From Macrostomum lignano (taxonomy: Eukaryota): a stretch of 64,000 nucleotides of DNA. Below, in pieces: positions 45,051 through 57,930 of this stretch; the stretch's first letter is position 1; every line of letters begins with the position of its first letter. Location: NCBI GenBank assembly GCA_002269645.1, contig NIVC01000769.1, positions 124,001-188,000 on the forward strand. Direction: 5' to 3'. Both the position numbers and the translations under genes were made by a program. The notes beneath the pieces were generated by a model. That model was not told where the DNA came from. It ran no database searches and was given only the letters and a program-made list of their open reading frames with translations.

Positions 45051-47829
45051 TTGGGATGATTTCTTTTTGCTTCCTTTGAGTATTTTGTCTGTTTTTTTTT
45101 GTGAAGGCCTTTTTTGGCTATCTTTTTGTTACTTGTAGAGAACAGAGGTTCTATACAGATGTCCCCCAACGGGGGGCGAAGATTGCTAGTAGTTTTACTA
45201 AAAATGCAGGGTAGTTTTTGGCCAAAAATGTGACTTACATGTAAAAAACTCTAATGCAAAATTAACGCAACTTTAGGTAAACGGCAGGAGTAACTATGAC
45301 TGTCTTATAAGGTCAAAATGCCTCATCAGCTACTTAGTACTACTACTTTGGTATTTTTTTGGGTGGGCATTTTGCGACTTCCTTGGTTGGCTGCCAAATC
45401 GGTCAGCCAGATTGGCCGACTCGGCCGACTGTTGCGCATGTATGATTCCAACTGTTCTTATGTATTTATGTAATCATGTGCCTGGTACAATTATTGACTA
45501 TATAAAATAGTCTGTGACGTTTATTTGCATAAAATCTTCCTTTTGCTCAGAAGAACAGTAGAACAATTCTACTGAGAAGTAGAACAATGAAATGCCTAAT
45601 ACTATAATATAAAAGTGGAATAGGAAATGGAAGTGGAGAGGCAGAGGGCTTCTCAGTTTTACTTTTTATCTGATGCCATTGTTTGGCAATCAGGGTTTTT
45701 TTAGACTCCTATCTGATCTTTCAATGAGATTTGTTATTGCCTATCAAAAAAGACACTCCCATAGGCTAGTAGGAAATTATTTTCCATAGAAAGACACAGA
45801 AACAATAAGATAAACAAATTAGAAAGTTAAAGAAATGTCAGTTGCTAATATTTTGAATACTCCAAAATTACTTTTTTTATAAAGAGAGAGAGAGAGAGAA
45901 AGGGAGAAAGAGAGAAGAAAAGACAAAGACAACTATTAGAATGTTGCTAGCTACATGTAATATATACTAGGATGCTTATCTTTAATGTGGTTCATTAATT
46001 CATCAATTCTCAGAATAGTATAGGACTTAGACTTAGTCCCACAGCCTGGGTCTTTAGGGACACCTTAAATGTTTTCTATTTAAGGTGTCCCTGCTTAGTC
46101 TCTCGCCTCTCAGTCTCTTTTCCTCTTCTCTCTTCTCTTCTTCTCTCTTTTCTTCTCTTTTCACTTCTCCTATCCTTTTTATCTATAATCTCTTCACTTT
46201 TATTCCCTCATCTTTCTTTTCACTATCTTTCTAGCGTGTCTCTTGTTTATTCCTAGACTCTCTTCTCTCTTCCCTCCTGTGGCCTGCAATCATGCACTAG
46301 ATTTTCTATTTAGCCCTTGATGTAAAATGTTTGCCAATGACCTATTCTATACTTAAAACATGAAGGAGAGATGAAATACCAGCTAGGAGAGAAGAGAGAG
46401 AAGAGAGAAAAGAGGAGAGAGGATTGAGAAATGAAAGAACATAATTAGATGAGAGAACAGAAGAGAAAAGAAGAGATAAGAAGGAAAATACGAGAAAAGA
46501 AAAGTGAGAATAGAGAAAAAGTATGAGAATAAAGAAGGAAAAGATCAGAAGAGAGAAGACACTATGATACATGATAGATGAGAAAAGAAAGTAAAGAGAA
46601 GAGATAGGCCTAAGATAGGATAGAAAAAATAGAAAAGAAAAGTGTGGGATAGAAAAGAGAAATACTTAATTATTCTTGTAAAACAGAGAAGTTTCAATGG
46701 ACTTTAGTGACAGAGAAGACAAGCAGAGGCCAGAGGCCAAAGTTTGCTAGATATATATGCTTTAGACAATATAGACTTTGCATGCCTATCATTCTATATA
46801 GCACCCTAGTTACTAGTGAGCCTCAAATCCTAACTTAACATGACTTTACTCTACTTTTTGTTTACCTCTATCTTAATGGCTAATAAGCTTTTGTTTGAGT
46901 ACGACTTCAGATTTAAGAATGCATATAATAGTTCCAGTGATTAAAATTCAATAGGTTCAAAATCTATGAGTTTAATAGTTTATATTTTTATGAAACAAAG
47001 TACTTCAATTCTATTAAATGAATGATACACTTTCACTGCACATCAAATGGTGTAAGACCAAGATGGCCACACACCAAGATGGCCACAGCTGGGGTGGGGG
47101 TCATGGAAAATGACAGCTGGTTTACTATTGGATAGCTTCGGGTGGGAAGATGTGGGGTTGCAATGGGGGGGGTTTAGACAGGCAGTCAAAATTTTATTAG
47201 TTATTGCAGGGCTAAAGACAAAAATGGTTACAAGTCTTAATTTCCTACTTATAGTAGGCCCCTAAGAGGTGTAAACATATTTCGTTTTAAACAAATCTCT
47301 TCTTCATATAAAATCTGGTGTAGCTTTTTCCAGTTTCTCTTATTGGTCGAGACTAATTTACTTGTTTAAAGGGATAAAAACTGGGTAAATTTCATGCCCT
47401 GTTCAAAATTTGCAATGAAAAAACGCGGCGAAATGGCAACACGTACTATCGCTGCACTAAGCGTTTATCACTGCACTGTCATGGCAAATGGCAAACTGAA
47501 ATGTGCTAATTTTAACAGTCCCAGACTTCCATTGTTCCTACAAAATTTTAAACAGCGGGGCAGGACCTTGTGCGGGGCAGACCCATAGAAATTTTTCCGG
47601 TTTCCAAGATAATATTGACTTATAGGGAATAAACGCATACTGTATGAGCTCAAATTTGAGCTCAAATCCTAGATATTTAAACATCGCCACATGAGCATGG
47701 AGTCACAACATAGTTTGAATATGATGGAAAGTGCACGTAAATAAGCGAAAAGTGGTATCCAACAGGGCAACACGAGCAATCTTTCAATACGCTAATTGGG
47801 AGGGGATTAAGCAATCAGGGGCTGACTAC

Positions 47830-48125
47830 CATTCTGCCACTCAGCGGGGGTCGAATGGGAGACTAACTCCTAATAAATAAATTTTCTCAGTCCTATAATC
47901 TTTAATGACATGACACGGCCTTCACACATGGGGCTCCAAGGCCTCCATGCTCCTTCCAGTGATTTTTTTAGAATAGTCTTTGGCTCTTAGCAAAGACAGC
48001 GCACTGCCCCCATCCACCAGAAGGTGGGTGGGCACATTCTTGATTGGATACTCTACAACAATATCTCTCCCGCGTTGCCTTCTAGCTGGCCTCAGCTGGT
48101 ACAAGTCAGGCACTTTTTCAAACAT
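47830..48125 (-). pseudogene. Decayed retroviral-type aspartic protease fragment (LTR retrotransposon pol relic)
   Basis: THLLVDGGSALSLL resembles the (L/I)LVD(T/S)G(S/A) active-site context. A later YLLGVSL resembles the ILG motif. Stops are present. Confidence 0.45.
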
Positions 48126-48759
48126 AGGCTTCTTTCCTATGTTTGCTATCTATCTTTTCTATCTTTCCTTCTTTCCTAAGGGGAGAGAGTGGAGACCAGA
48201 GAAAAATGAGAAGAGAGAGCAAAGATGAAAGAGAAGAAAGGTGAGGGAAGATCGACGAGAGAAGATGGGAGAGAGGAGATAGGAAAGAAGAGAAGAGAAG
48301 AGAGAGAGAAGAAACAAAAGAGAAGATAGAGTTTCAAAGGATCCGAGGGACATAGAGAGAGACAGGAGGCCAGAGATTTTGCCAATACATGTTTTCGAAA
48401 GACAAGTTTTTGTTTGAGTATGACTTCAGATTTTAGAACTAGATATAAGCTGAGCTGAGAGAGAAGATGAAAGTAGAGGCTGAGAGTAGAGAGAGGCTAA
48501 GAGCAGAGAGGGGCTGAGAGTAGAGAGGGGCTGGGGATAGAAGTTGAGAGTGGATAGAGGCTGAGAGTAGAGAGAGGCTGACAATGGAGAGGCTGAGAAT
48601 AGAGAGGTTGAGAGTAGATAGAGGCTAAGAGTAGAGAGGTTCAGAGTAGAGAGGCTAGTTCACGTTGTTCTCAATCCCATTCCACTATACATGTAGTTTT
48701 TATCTAATGTGACTAAGCCAGGTGCTTTTAGTGCAGGGGTTGGCAAACTTTTTACCTCA

Positions 48760-49398
48760 ATTGAGAACCCAGCTCATGACTGCCCTTCTAGTCCGCTTCG
48801 TTGGCCCCCAAAGCGAAGCGAGGAGTCCTGATGACAGAGCGGGCCAGCGGTGAGGAGAGAGGGTAAGGAATAGAGAAGAGAAATACAAGCATAGGATAAA
48901 GGAGAGGCGAAGGAATAAAGGAGAAGAGAGTTGATGAGAGGAGAGATTATATACGAGCGGAGAGAAAGGAGAAGGGAGATTAATGGAGAGGAGAAAGGAG
49001 GGAAGGGAGAAGAGAATGAAGAGGAAAAGGGAGAAGAGAATGAAGAGGAAAAGGGAGATGATAGCAAAGAGGTGAGAAGAGAGGAGAGGATAGACATGAG
49101 GAGAAAGGAGAGGAGAGAGGTGAGGGCAGAGATGAGAGAGGAGAGGGCAGAGATGAGAGAGAGAAAAGATGAGAGGAGAGGGCAGACATGAGAGAGAAAA
49201 GATGAGAGAAGAAGGCAGACATGAGAGAGAGAATAGATGAGAGAGAGAGGGCAAGAGATGAGAGGAGAGGGCAAAGATAAGAGAGAGAAAGATGATACAG
49301 GAGAGGGCAGAGATGAGAGAGAAAAGAGATAAGAGGGCAGACATGAGAGAGAATAGATAAGAGAGGAGAGGGCAAGAGATGAGAGAGGAGAGGGCAGA

Positions 49399-49457
<59 letters not shown>

Positions 49458-49560
49458 ATTAGAGACGAGAGGGCAGAAATGACAGAGAAAAAAAAAGAGA
49501 CAAGAATGCAAAGATGAGAGAAAAGATGAGAGACAAGAGGCACTCCAATTTTTGCTTACT
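48760..49560. repeat. GA-rich low-complexity tract with a (GA)n microsatellite
   Basis: Polypurine tract. Pure (GA)n at about 49400-49452. Confidence 0.9.
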
Positions 49561-50580
49561 TCTATCATAACTAATACCTTTACCCTCTACCTTTAACTTT
49601 TAACATATACAAACAACACGTCAGTTTTAGTATATTGAGATATGTTTGAAACTTATCCATGATACAAAAATCAAATGTCTTGTGCTAGTAGTGCTACTAG
49701 CTTTAGTAGGTAGTAATACCTGCTGTAAAGGGAAGTGTTTTTTGTTTTACTTAGTCTAATTTCACTAACGAAATCTGTCTTCTCCGAGACTTGAAGCTGT
49801 CATACCCCACCCCAATCACAGCCAATAGGAAATGAGGAAATATATAGACCTATTCTTATCCAAGCAGCCATTCAGAGCTGTGGCCATCTTGGTGTGTGGC
49901 CATCTTGGTCATGCACCCATCAAATGAATTCTAATAATAGTTTTAGTACCCCCTTTAAATTGAATTTGTTAAATATATTAGTTTTTACATATGAATATGA
50001 AAATCTCAATCAGGTCAATCAGTTCAAGAAAATTACTAGTATCCAATGCATTGATATATATATATTGCTATCAATAACATGAATTATTTCATGTGGAGAA
50101 ATTATAGCTAAGACTTGAAGGACATACAAAATGGTCTTTATCCCATAGGAGCTAGAAACAGCCAATAGTAATTTAGGGGGTTGAAAGCCTCATAGGCAAA
50201 TTAGAGCTGTGGCCACCTTAGACATGTTCTAGGAAAAGAGAATTAAAAGCACAAGTTAAAGCAAACAGGTTTTTCTATGACTATGGTCTTCTCTATGCAT
50301 TTTAGACCTAAAAATAATGTTTTTAAACTTTAAGCCTATTGCAAAACCAAAGGTTTTGGCTATTTTAAGCCTAGCTATGTTAGATTTATTTTTATTGATA
50401 GATAAGGGATAAAAAATAAAAATTCTAAAGGCAGTGCTTATCCCCACGGTACCGTAGGAATAATTTTTGTCTTATTCCAACGGTACCGTGCGAATAATTT
50501 TCTGCTTATCCGCACGGCACACTGACGAGATAGCTGCCCTATCTTCTACATATGCCGTGCGAATAATTTCTGCTTATCCG

Positions 50581-52250
50581 ACGCATTTGTTTCCCGATCG
50601 ATATTCAGATTGATATTCGAAAACTAACAAAATCTCTGCTCTGCAAAAACATTTTAGAACGCCGTTTGACAGGAAAAAAAGTGCAACTAAGAACATTGCA
50701 AAAATTAAGTTTCAGCTTGATCCATCACTCTGGCTCGAAATGGCACCGATTTTCGATGTGCTCCCATTTAAAATACATGTGATTTTATAAGGCAGATCGA
50801 TATTCGAGTTCGCTCACTTTGGCTTGACCATTCAACACGAAATTTTGTTCCATTTCGATAGCAAACATTTTTTTATCTTGCTCATTTATTTTACGCAGGA
50901 AGGCAGAACATTGTTTTGGCCTCATTTATATTGATTAACTAAGTTCGGGGAAACTTTTGAAAACAAGTAATCTACGTTCGCTAACATGTGTGGATGAAGG
51001 AGGCAAACACGTTATGCTGGCTTCGCCAGTATGTTATTAGAGTTCCATAAAATACATCCATGAGCGTTAAACGTTAATTTGTGAAATTGTTAAGAGTTTT
51101 TGTAGAAGTAACGCCTGCTGTTCTAATTTTAATGTGTTAAGGGAAATTCGTTGGTTATGTTCATTTTGCGTTAGCATCTTTAACGTTTGAACCAGGGGCG
51201 GATTTAGGGGGGGGGGCGGGCGGCTGCCGACACAGCTCGTTGTACCACATTGCGCCCCCCAAAAACCACAAACTGTGAACCGCGAACTTGCGCTCCCTTT
51301 AAACTTGATTTTTCGCCCCCTACGCGCATTTTTTGCGCCCCTAGCTTAAAATTGGCGCCCCTCAAACTCATGTTGGCGCCCCAAACTTGGACCGCCCCCC
51401 AGAATAAAATTCTAGATCCGCCACAGTTTGGAACGCTTATTTTGAGTTATACACAAATTGGAGCAAACAGGTACATAGGTAGACAGCACGAGGTGGTGTC
51501 ATAATTATTTAGACTCCTCTAACAAAATGAACTTTTTAGGTTCGGACTGCCCTGAAGAATGCTCCAGATACTTACGAACGACCATCCAGTTTCCGTACAT
51601 CAATTCCAATCTATACCTACCTGTGTAAGGTCCTGAAAATTAGAAACCGGTTGCGTAATCGAGTCATATTGTGGAATTTCATTCGCAGATCGAATGGTTA
51701 TAGAGAAGCGGATGGCACGGGATTCCGTTCGAGAAAAAAGACTGTAAAGAGAAGGAGATGTGCAAAAAATAACGTGCTCGCGTCTCCTGTCCGAGCGTCC
51801 GCTGAAGATCGATGGAGGGAAGAAAGCAAAAAAAACGATAATGTACAGTCTGTGAACCAAAGTAACACCAGTTCGGAGACACATAAACCTGACTGCAATT
51901 TCGTTGAACATCTGGACATTGACGATGAAAGCGATGAACCCTCCGTCCAGGAAGGTGTTCAAGCCGCTGAGTTAAATGAATCCAAATTAATCGAGTCGAA
52001 TGGTCAAGCCAAAGTGAGCGAACTCGAATATCGATCTGCCTTATAAAATCACATGTATTTTAAATGGGAGCACATCGAAAATCGGTGCCATTTCGAGCCA
52101 GAGTGATGGATCAAGCTGAAACTTAATTTTTGCAATGTTCTTAGTTGCACTTTTTTTCCTGTCAAACGGCGTTCTAAAATATTTTTGCAGAGCAGAGATT
52201 TTGTTAGTTTTCGAATATCAATCTGAATATCGATCGGGAAACAAATGCGT
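50581..52250. mobile_element. Nested TIR element with about 250-bp TIRs
   Basis: ACGCATTTG..CAAATGCGT termini. 8-bp TSD CTTATCCG at 50573-50580 and 52251-52258, taken from the outer element's repeat. Confidence 0.88.
51193..51426. mobile_element. Innermost hAT-like MITE, degenerate
   Basis: CAGGGGCGGATTTAG / CTAGATCCGCCACAG. Imperfect 8-bp flanks GTTTGAAC / TTTGGAAC. Confidence 0.6.
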
Positions 52251-53610
52251 CTTATCCGCACGGCACACTGACGAGATAGCTGCCCTATCTTCTACATTTG
52301 CCGTTACATGGGAAGTTTAGTACATACGATTTGAGTGCAGTATAACAACATAACTTGGCTTGAACATTTGTTCTAAAGAAATAAAGATTTAACGACTTTT
52401 CTATGAGCAAGAATTTTTTTGTGTAGTAACACGCATTTACACATGCATATACTAGTCTAGAACTGATTCGAGTTTATACATCAAGATCAACAGCTTCTTA
52501 GTATCCTCAGTACAAATTCCCTTTCAATAAGCTATAAACTATTCACGCACAGCATATATATGTAGCAGATAGGGCAGCTAGTAAAGCAGAGGGAATAAAA
52601 CAGGACGTGTAGGGCAGCTATCTCGTCAGTGTGCCGTGCGGATAAGCAGAAATTATTCGCACGGCATATGTAGAAGATAGGGCAGCTATCTCGTCAGTGT
52701 GCCGTGCGGATAAGCAGAAAATTATTCGCACGGTACCGTTGGAATAAGACAAAAATTATTCCTACGGTACCGTGGGGATAAGCACTGCCAATTCTAAATA
52801 GAAATTGGTTAGGCCTAAGTAAAAATGTATTGTAAAAATTCATTTTTAAGCAATTTTTGCCTAAAAATGATCACACTGCCTAAAAGATAAAATGTATTAA
52901 AAATAGGCTTAATTAAAATTAAATTTACAAAAAGTTTTATAAGTTTTTATTACCTGACCAATTTTCAAAAATTAGGTATCTAGTATCCTATTGTTTACTT
53001 ATGGTCATGTTTAGTGGGGCTTAGGCCTATCTATTAAATAAAATAGACAAAAAAAATAAAAAGTAACTTTCAAAATCTCACTGAAGTCCCTATCTTAGCT
53101 ACTACTCCCAGGCCACAGCCTACAGTTAATAGCAATTGTCAAGATTCATTTGGTAATTATTTTGATTCTAGCTCTAGAAAATTAATACCTAAACCATTTT
53201 AATTAACAAAATTAATTTAGAAATTTGCCCCTAAACATCAATAACGAATATTCAATGGGAAATCGGGGGCAAATTTCTGGTGGCTTATAAAGCTAAATTC
53301 TGCACAGCACAGGCAGCATAGTATACCAATTTCTGCATTCATTCATAATGCGAACACTACGGGTGCGCTAACTGAATTTTAAAAAAAGGATACGGAATTG
53401 TTGAATATCTATTCGTTTACGTAACTTCAGAACCTAAAATACAAAAACACATTACAGCTTGGTAAAACGTCAGCAAAAATGGTAAAAATGCTACAACTGC
53501 GGAATTTTTTGGCTGTGGTTTTGTTAAACAAAACATATTTTCGACGAAAAGCTTGAAACTTTCAAATTGATTTAAATGACGCCTGACCGTGTTTATAGCG
53601 ATTTTCTCAT

Positions 53611-56600
53611 GACCCGCATTCGAACTCCAACTCCAACTCCAACTCCAAATTCGTGAAAAGATAAACAAATTTTCAAATCCTTCAAAAGCTAACCGTATGT
53701 CTAAAACTGGGATAATAAGATGATAAAAAAAAACAAATGTTTTCTACATTTTTGTGACTTTTCAGTCACATTCATTCATCCAACTTGTTGCTATTGATCT
53801 TCAGTTTAAAATAGACGATATAAATTCAACAATTTCCGTACATTTACAGACTCTATTAAAATGTTTGAAGACCTGGTCTGCACTCAAAACTGAAAAATAA
53901 TTTGGAGTTGAAGTGAAAATCAAAAATAACAAAAGAAATCTACATTTCTGTGCAATTTCTGCAAGATTCATGCATCCAGCTCGGAGTTATTGACCTCTAG
54001 TTTGAAATGGACGTTTAAATGCATACATTTTAGTGCATTTACAGTATGAAACCAAAAGTTTGAAAATCTGGGCTGCACTCAAAACTGAAAACTAATTTGG
54101 AGTTGAAGTGAAAATCAAAAATAACAAAAGAAATCTACATATCTGTGCAATTTCTGCAAGATTCATGCATCCAGCTCGGAGTTATTGACCTCTAGTTTGA
54201 AATGGACGTTTAAATGCATACATTTTAGTGCATTTACAGTATGAAACCAAAAGTTTGAAAATCTGGGCTGCACTCAAAACTGAAAACTAATTTGGAGTTG
54301 AAGTGAAAATCAAAAATAACAAAAGAAATCTACATATCTGTGCAATTTCTGCAAGATTCATGCATCTAGCTCGGAGTTATTGACCTCTAGTTTGAAATGG
54401 ACGTTTAAATGCATACATTTTAGTGCATTTACAGTATGAAACCAAAAGTTTGAAAATCTGGGCTGCACTCAAAACTGAAAACTAATTTGGAGTTGAAGTA
54501 AAAATCAAAAATAACAAAAGAAATCTACATATCTGTGCAATTTCTGCAAGATTCATGCATCTAGCTCGGAGTTATTGACCTCTAGTTTGAAATGGACGTT
54601 TAAATGCATACATTTTAGTGCATTTACAGTATGAAACCAAAAGTTTGAAAATCTGGGCTGCACTCAAAACTGAAAACTAATTTGGAGTTGAAGTGAAAAT
54701 CAAAAATAACAAAAGAAATCTACATATCTGTGCAATTTCTGCAAGATTCATGCATCCAGCTCGGAGTGCGCTTCTTTCGGGGTGTCACCGGCCAGATTCA
54801 GCGCCACGCGCTTTGTGTAATCCGTCAGAGTCCGGACGGCCGTCCACACTGCGCGGCTCTTCTCGTCGGGGCTGGCTGCTGTAATGGTCCGGACGGCGTC
54901 GTCGACAGGGTCCTACTGCCGCTCGTCCAGGTGCTCAAACGCGTCTTCAGCGTCGCCCGTGGGCCGCCCGTTTCTGCGGAGTCGCTCGATTTTCTGCGGA
55001 GTCGCTCGACTTCTTTGCCAGCATGGTGAACGCGCCCGCGTCACCCGTGACGTGCCGCGGCGCAGACGGTCAGACGACTAGGCTCGCACGCTGCCAGCGG
55101 TTCACCTACCTTGGCGGTCTTGTGCCCCAGGTGGAGGAGGACCTCCGGTGGCGCAGAGGACTTGCCTGGGCGGCCTTCCGTTTGATCCGAACCGTCCTCC
55201 AGTCGAAAGCGCTGCCCGACCGCCACAGGGCTCAGCTGTGGCAGGCGGTGGTCGAAACCGTACGTCCTGCTCTAAAACGCCGAGACGTGGACGCTGACGG
55301 CTACGCTAGAGCGGCAGCTGCATGGACTCGGTGCACTCAGGGCTGCTCCATGTAGCCTTTTAAACTGACGAGAGCGCCGGGACCGAGGCCCTGTACAATC
55401 GGGCCAAGCTGCAGCGCCCGTCCACTATCCTGCGCCGACGGCGACTTCAACTGAGGGGCCACGTGATCCAACCGAGGGCTACTGACCCTAACCTGTTAAG
55501 GATGTCCTGCTGCTCACCTTACAGGGCCGATTCAGGCGGGGTCAAGCCGGAACCGGAACCCGTCAAAAGTGGACTGCCTGGTGTGCGACGCTGGGGCGCC
55601 CGACACTATATCAACTGGCGCTGCGGCGCGCCATCTGTATTTTGTTGTAGTTGTAGTTGTTGTTATTATTTTAGTGCATTTATGCAGTATTTGGGGTATT
55701 GGGTATTCGATTTTAATCCAATGCATCCTGCAGAATCACCTGGGGAGCTCCTTCTGTCCCGACATCGATCATGCTCCAGCTCCATACTCCATGCACGGTG
55801 TCACTCTGAAAGGTCTTGGACGCTCTCCAGTCAAACACGTCGCGACTGCAGATGCTTGGGCGGCTTTGCTTCATTCAAATGGGCCAAAAGACCGCCAAGG
55901 TAGGTGAACCGCTGGCAGCGTGCGAGCCTAGTCGTCTGACCGTCTGCGCCGCGGCACGTCACGGGTGACGCGGGCGCGTTCACCATGCTGGCAAAGAAGT
56001 CGAGCGACTCCGCAGAAAATCGAGCGACTCCGCAGAAACGGGCGGCCCACGGGCGACGCTGAAGACGCGTTTGAGCACCTGGACGAGCGGCAGTAGGACC
56101 CTGTCGACGACGCCGTCCGGACCATTACAGCAGCCGGCCCCGACGAGAAGAGCCGCGCAGTGTGGACGGCCGTCCGGACTCTGACGGATTACGTAAAGGG
56201 CGTGGCGCTGACTCAGACCGGTGACACCCGGAAAGAAGCGCACTCCGAGCTGGATGCATGAATCTTGCAGAAATTGCAAAGAAATGTAGATTTCTTTTGT
56301 TATTTTTGATTTTTACTTCAACTCCAAATTAGTTTTCAGTTTTGAGTGCAGCCCAGATTTTCAAACTTTTGGTTTCATACTGTAAATGCACTAAAATGTA
56401 TGCATTTAAACGTCCATTTCAAACTAGAGGTCAATAACTCCGAGCTGGATGCATGAATCTTGCAGAAATTGCACAGAAATGTAGATTTCTTTTGTTATTT
56501 TTGATTTTTACTTCAACTCCAAATTAGTTTTCAGTTTTGAGTGCAGCCCAGATTTTTAAACTTTTAGTTTCATACTGTAAATGCACTAAAATGTATGCAT

Positions 56601-57601
56601 TTAAACGTCCATTTCAAATTAGAGGTCAATAACTCCGAGCTGGATGCATGAATCTTGCAGAAATTGCACAGAAATGTAGATTTTTTTTGTTATTTTTGAT
56701 TTTTACTTCAACTCCAAATTAGTTTTCAGTTTTGAGTGCAGCCCAGATTTTTAAACTTTTGGTTTCATACTGTAAATGCACTAAAATGTATGCATTTAAA
56801 CGTCCATTTCAAACTAGAGGTCAATAACTCCGAGCTGGATGCATGAATCTTGCAGAAATTGCAAAGAAATGTAGATTTCTTTTGTTATTTTTGATTTTCA
56901 CTTCAACTCCAAATTAGTTTTCAGTTTTGAGTGCAGCCCAGATTTTCAAACTTTTGATTTCATACTGTAAATGCACTAAAATGTATGCATTTAAACGTCT
57001 ATTTCAAACTAGAGGTCAATAACTCCGAGCTAGATGCACAGATCTTGCAGAAATTGCACAGAAATGTAGATTTCTTTTGTTATTTTTGATTTTCACTTCA
57101 ACTCCAAATTAGTTTTCAGTTTTGAGTGCAGCCCAGATTTTCAAACTTTTGGTTTCATACTGTAAATGCACTAAAATGTATGCATTTAAACGTCCATTTC
57201 AAACTAGAGGTCAATAACTCCGAGTTGGATGCACAGATCTTGCAGAAATTGCACAGAAATGTAGATTTCTTTTGTTATTTTTGATTTTCACTTCAACTCC
57301 AAATTATTTTTCAGTTTTGAGTGCAGACCAGGTCTTCAAACATTTAAATAGAGTCTGTAAATGTACGGAAATTGTTGAATTTATATCGTCTATTTTAAAC
57401 TGAAGATCAATAGCAACAAGTTGGATGAATGAATGTGACTGAAAAGTCACAAAAATGTAGAAAACAGTAGTTATTTTTTATTTTTATCATCTTATTATCC
57501 CAGTTTTAGACATACAGTTCGCTTTTGAAGGATTTGAAAATTTGTTTATCTTTTCACGAATTTGGAGTTGGAGTTGGAGTTGGAGTTCGAATGCGCACCT
57601 A
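53611..57601. mobile_element. Foldback-type element: 1.5/1.7-kb inverted arms with 195-bp internal tandem repeats
   Basis: Arms 53611-55121 and 55888-57601, spacer 766 bp. About 4.5 versus 5.5 units of 195 bp. 11-bp direct repeat GATTTTCTCAT at 53600-53610 and 57602-57612. Confidence 0.88.
54766..55640 (+). pseudogene. Rearranged RTE-clade LINE fragments inside the foldback
   Basis: RCQRFTYLGG..RGLAWAAF..VLL*NAETWTLT..RRRRLQLRGHVI is the RT thumb/C-terminal signature of RTE elements. An upstream linker piece (AVWTAVRTLT..NLAGDTP) is inverted. Confidence 0.75.
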
Positions 57602-57930
57602 GATTTTCTCATCCTCTTACTATTTGACATTGATTCTTAACGATTGGAATTTAAATTTAAAATTATCTTTGAGATCTATATTTAGTGGTTCTCGATCTAC
57701 TGGTGGCTTAGGGGGCTACTAATATAATAATACTCATATTTCTAGATTTTGAATTGTCAGTAAGCTTTAGGTCATTTAGGGACTTAGACTTAGACTAAGC
57801 CTAAGGTCTTGATTGTTTAGTAAACATAGGTCACCACATGTTTAGTGTTTTGTTTAATACTTTTGAGTTATTCAATTTTTTTCAATAAATTTTGTTAAAA
57901 ACAGACTGATCCAGTTTTAATAATTCAGAC

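Larger units (their letters stand above)
41457..45189 (+). mobile_element. Non-autonomous Helitron, copy 1 (3.7 kb)
   Basis: 5' TCCTATATACTAAAAATGAAATG..AAACGGCTTAACCGATTTT. 3' hairpin CCCCCAACGGGGGG then CTAG. No TSD. Confidence 0.85.
41416..45444. mobile_element. hAT MITE (same family as 5393-5689) split by a Helitron
   Basis: TIR CATACATGCGCAAC at both ends. 8-bp TSD ATTCCAAC at 41408-41415 and 45445-45452. The two halves match the intact copy. Confidence 0.9.
50430..52789. mobile_element. MULE-like TIR element (outer), non-autonomous
   Basis: TIR GGCAGTGCTTATCCCCACGG.. with internal tandem units. Perfect 9-bp TSD AATTCTAAA at 50421-50429 and 52790-52798. Confidence 0.9.

Noticed and set aside
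44615-45169. DACYLG / QIASIP / MLAIWG ORFs
   Set aside because: 18-bp satellite inside the Helitron, open in three frames.
48757-49568. Leu/Ser-rich 187-264-aa ORFs
   Set aside because: CT/GA low-complexity tract.
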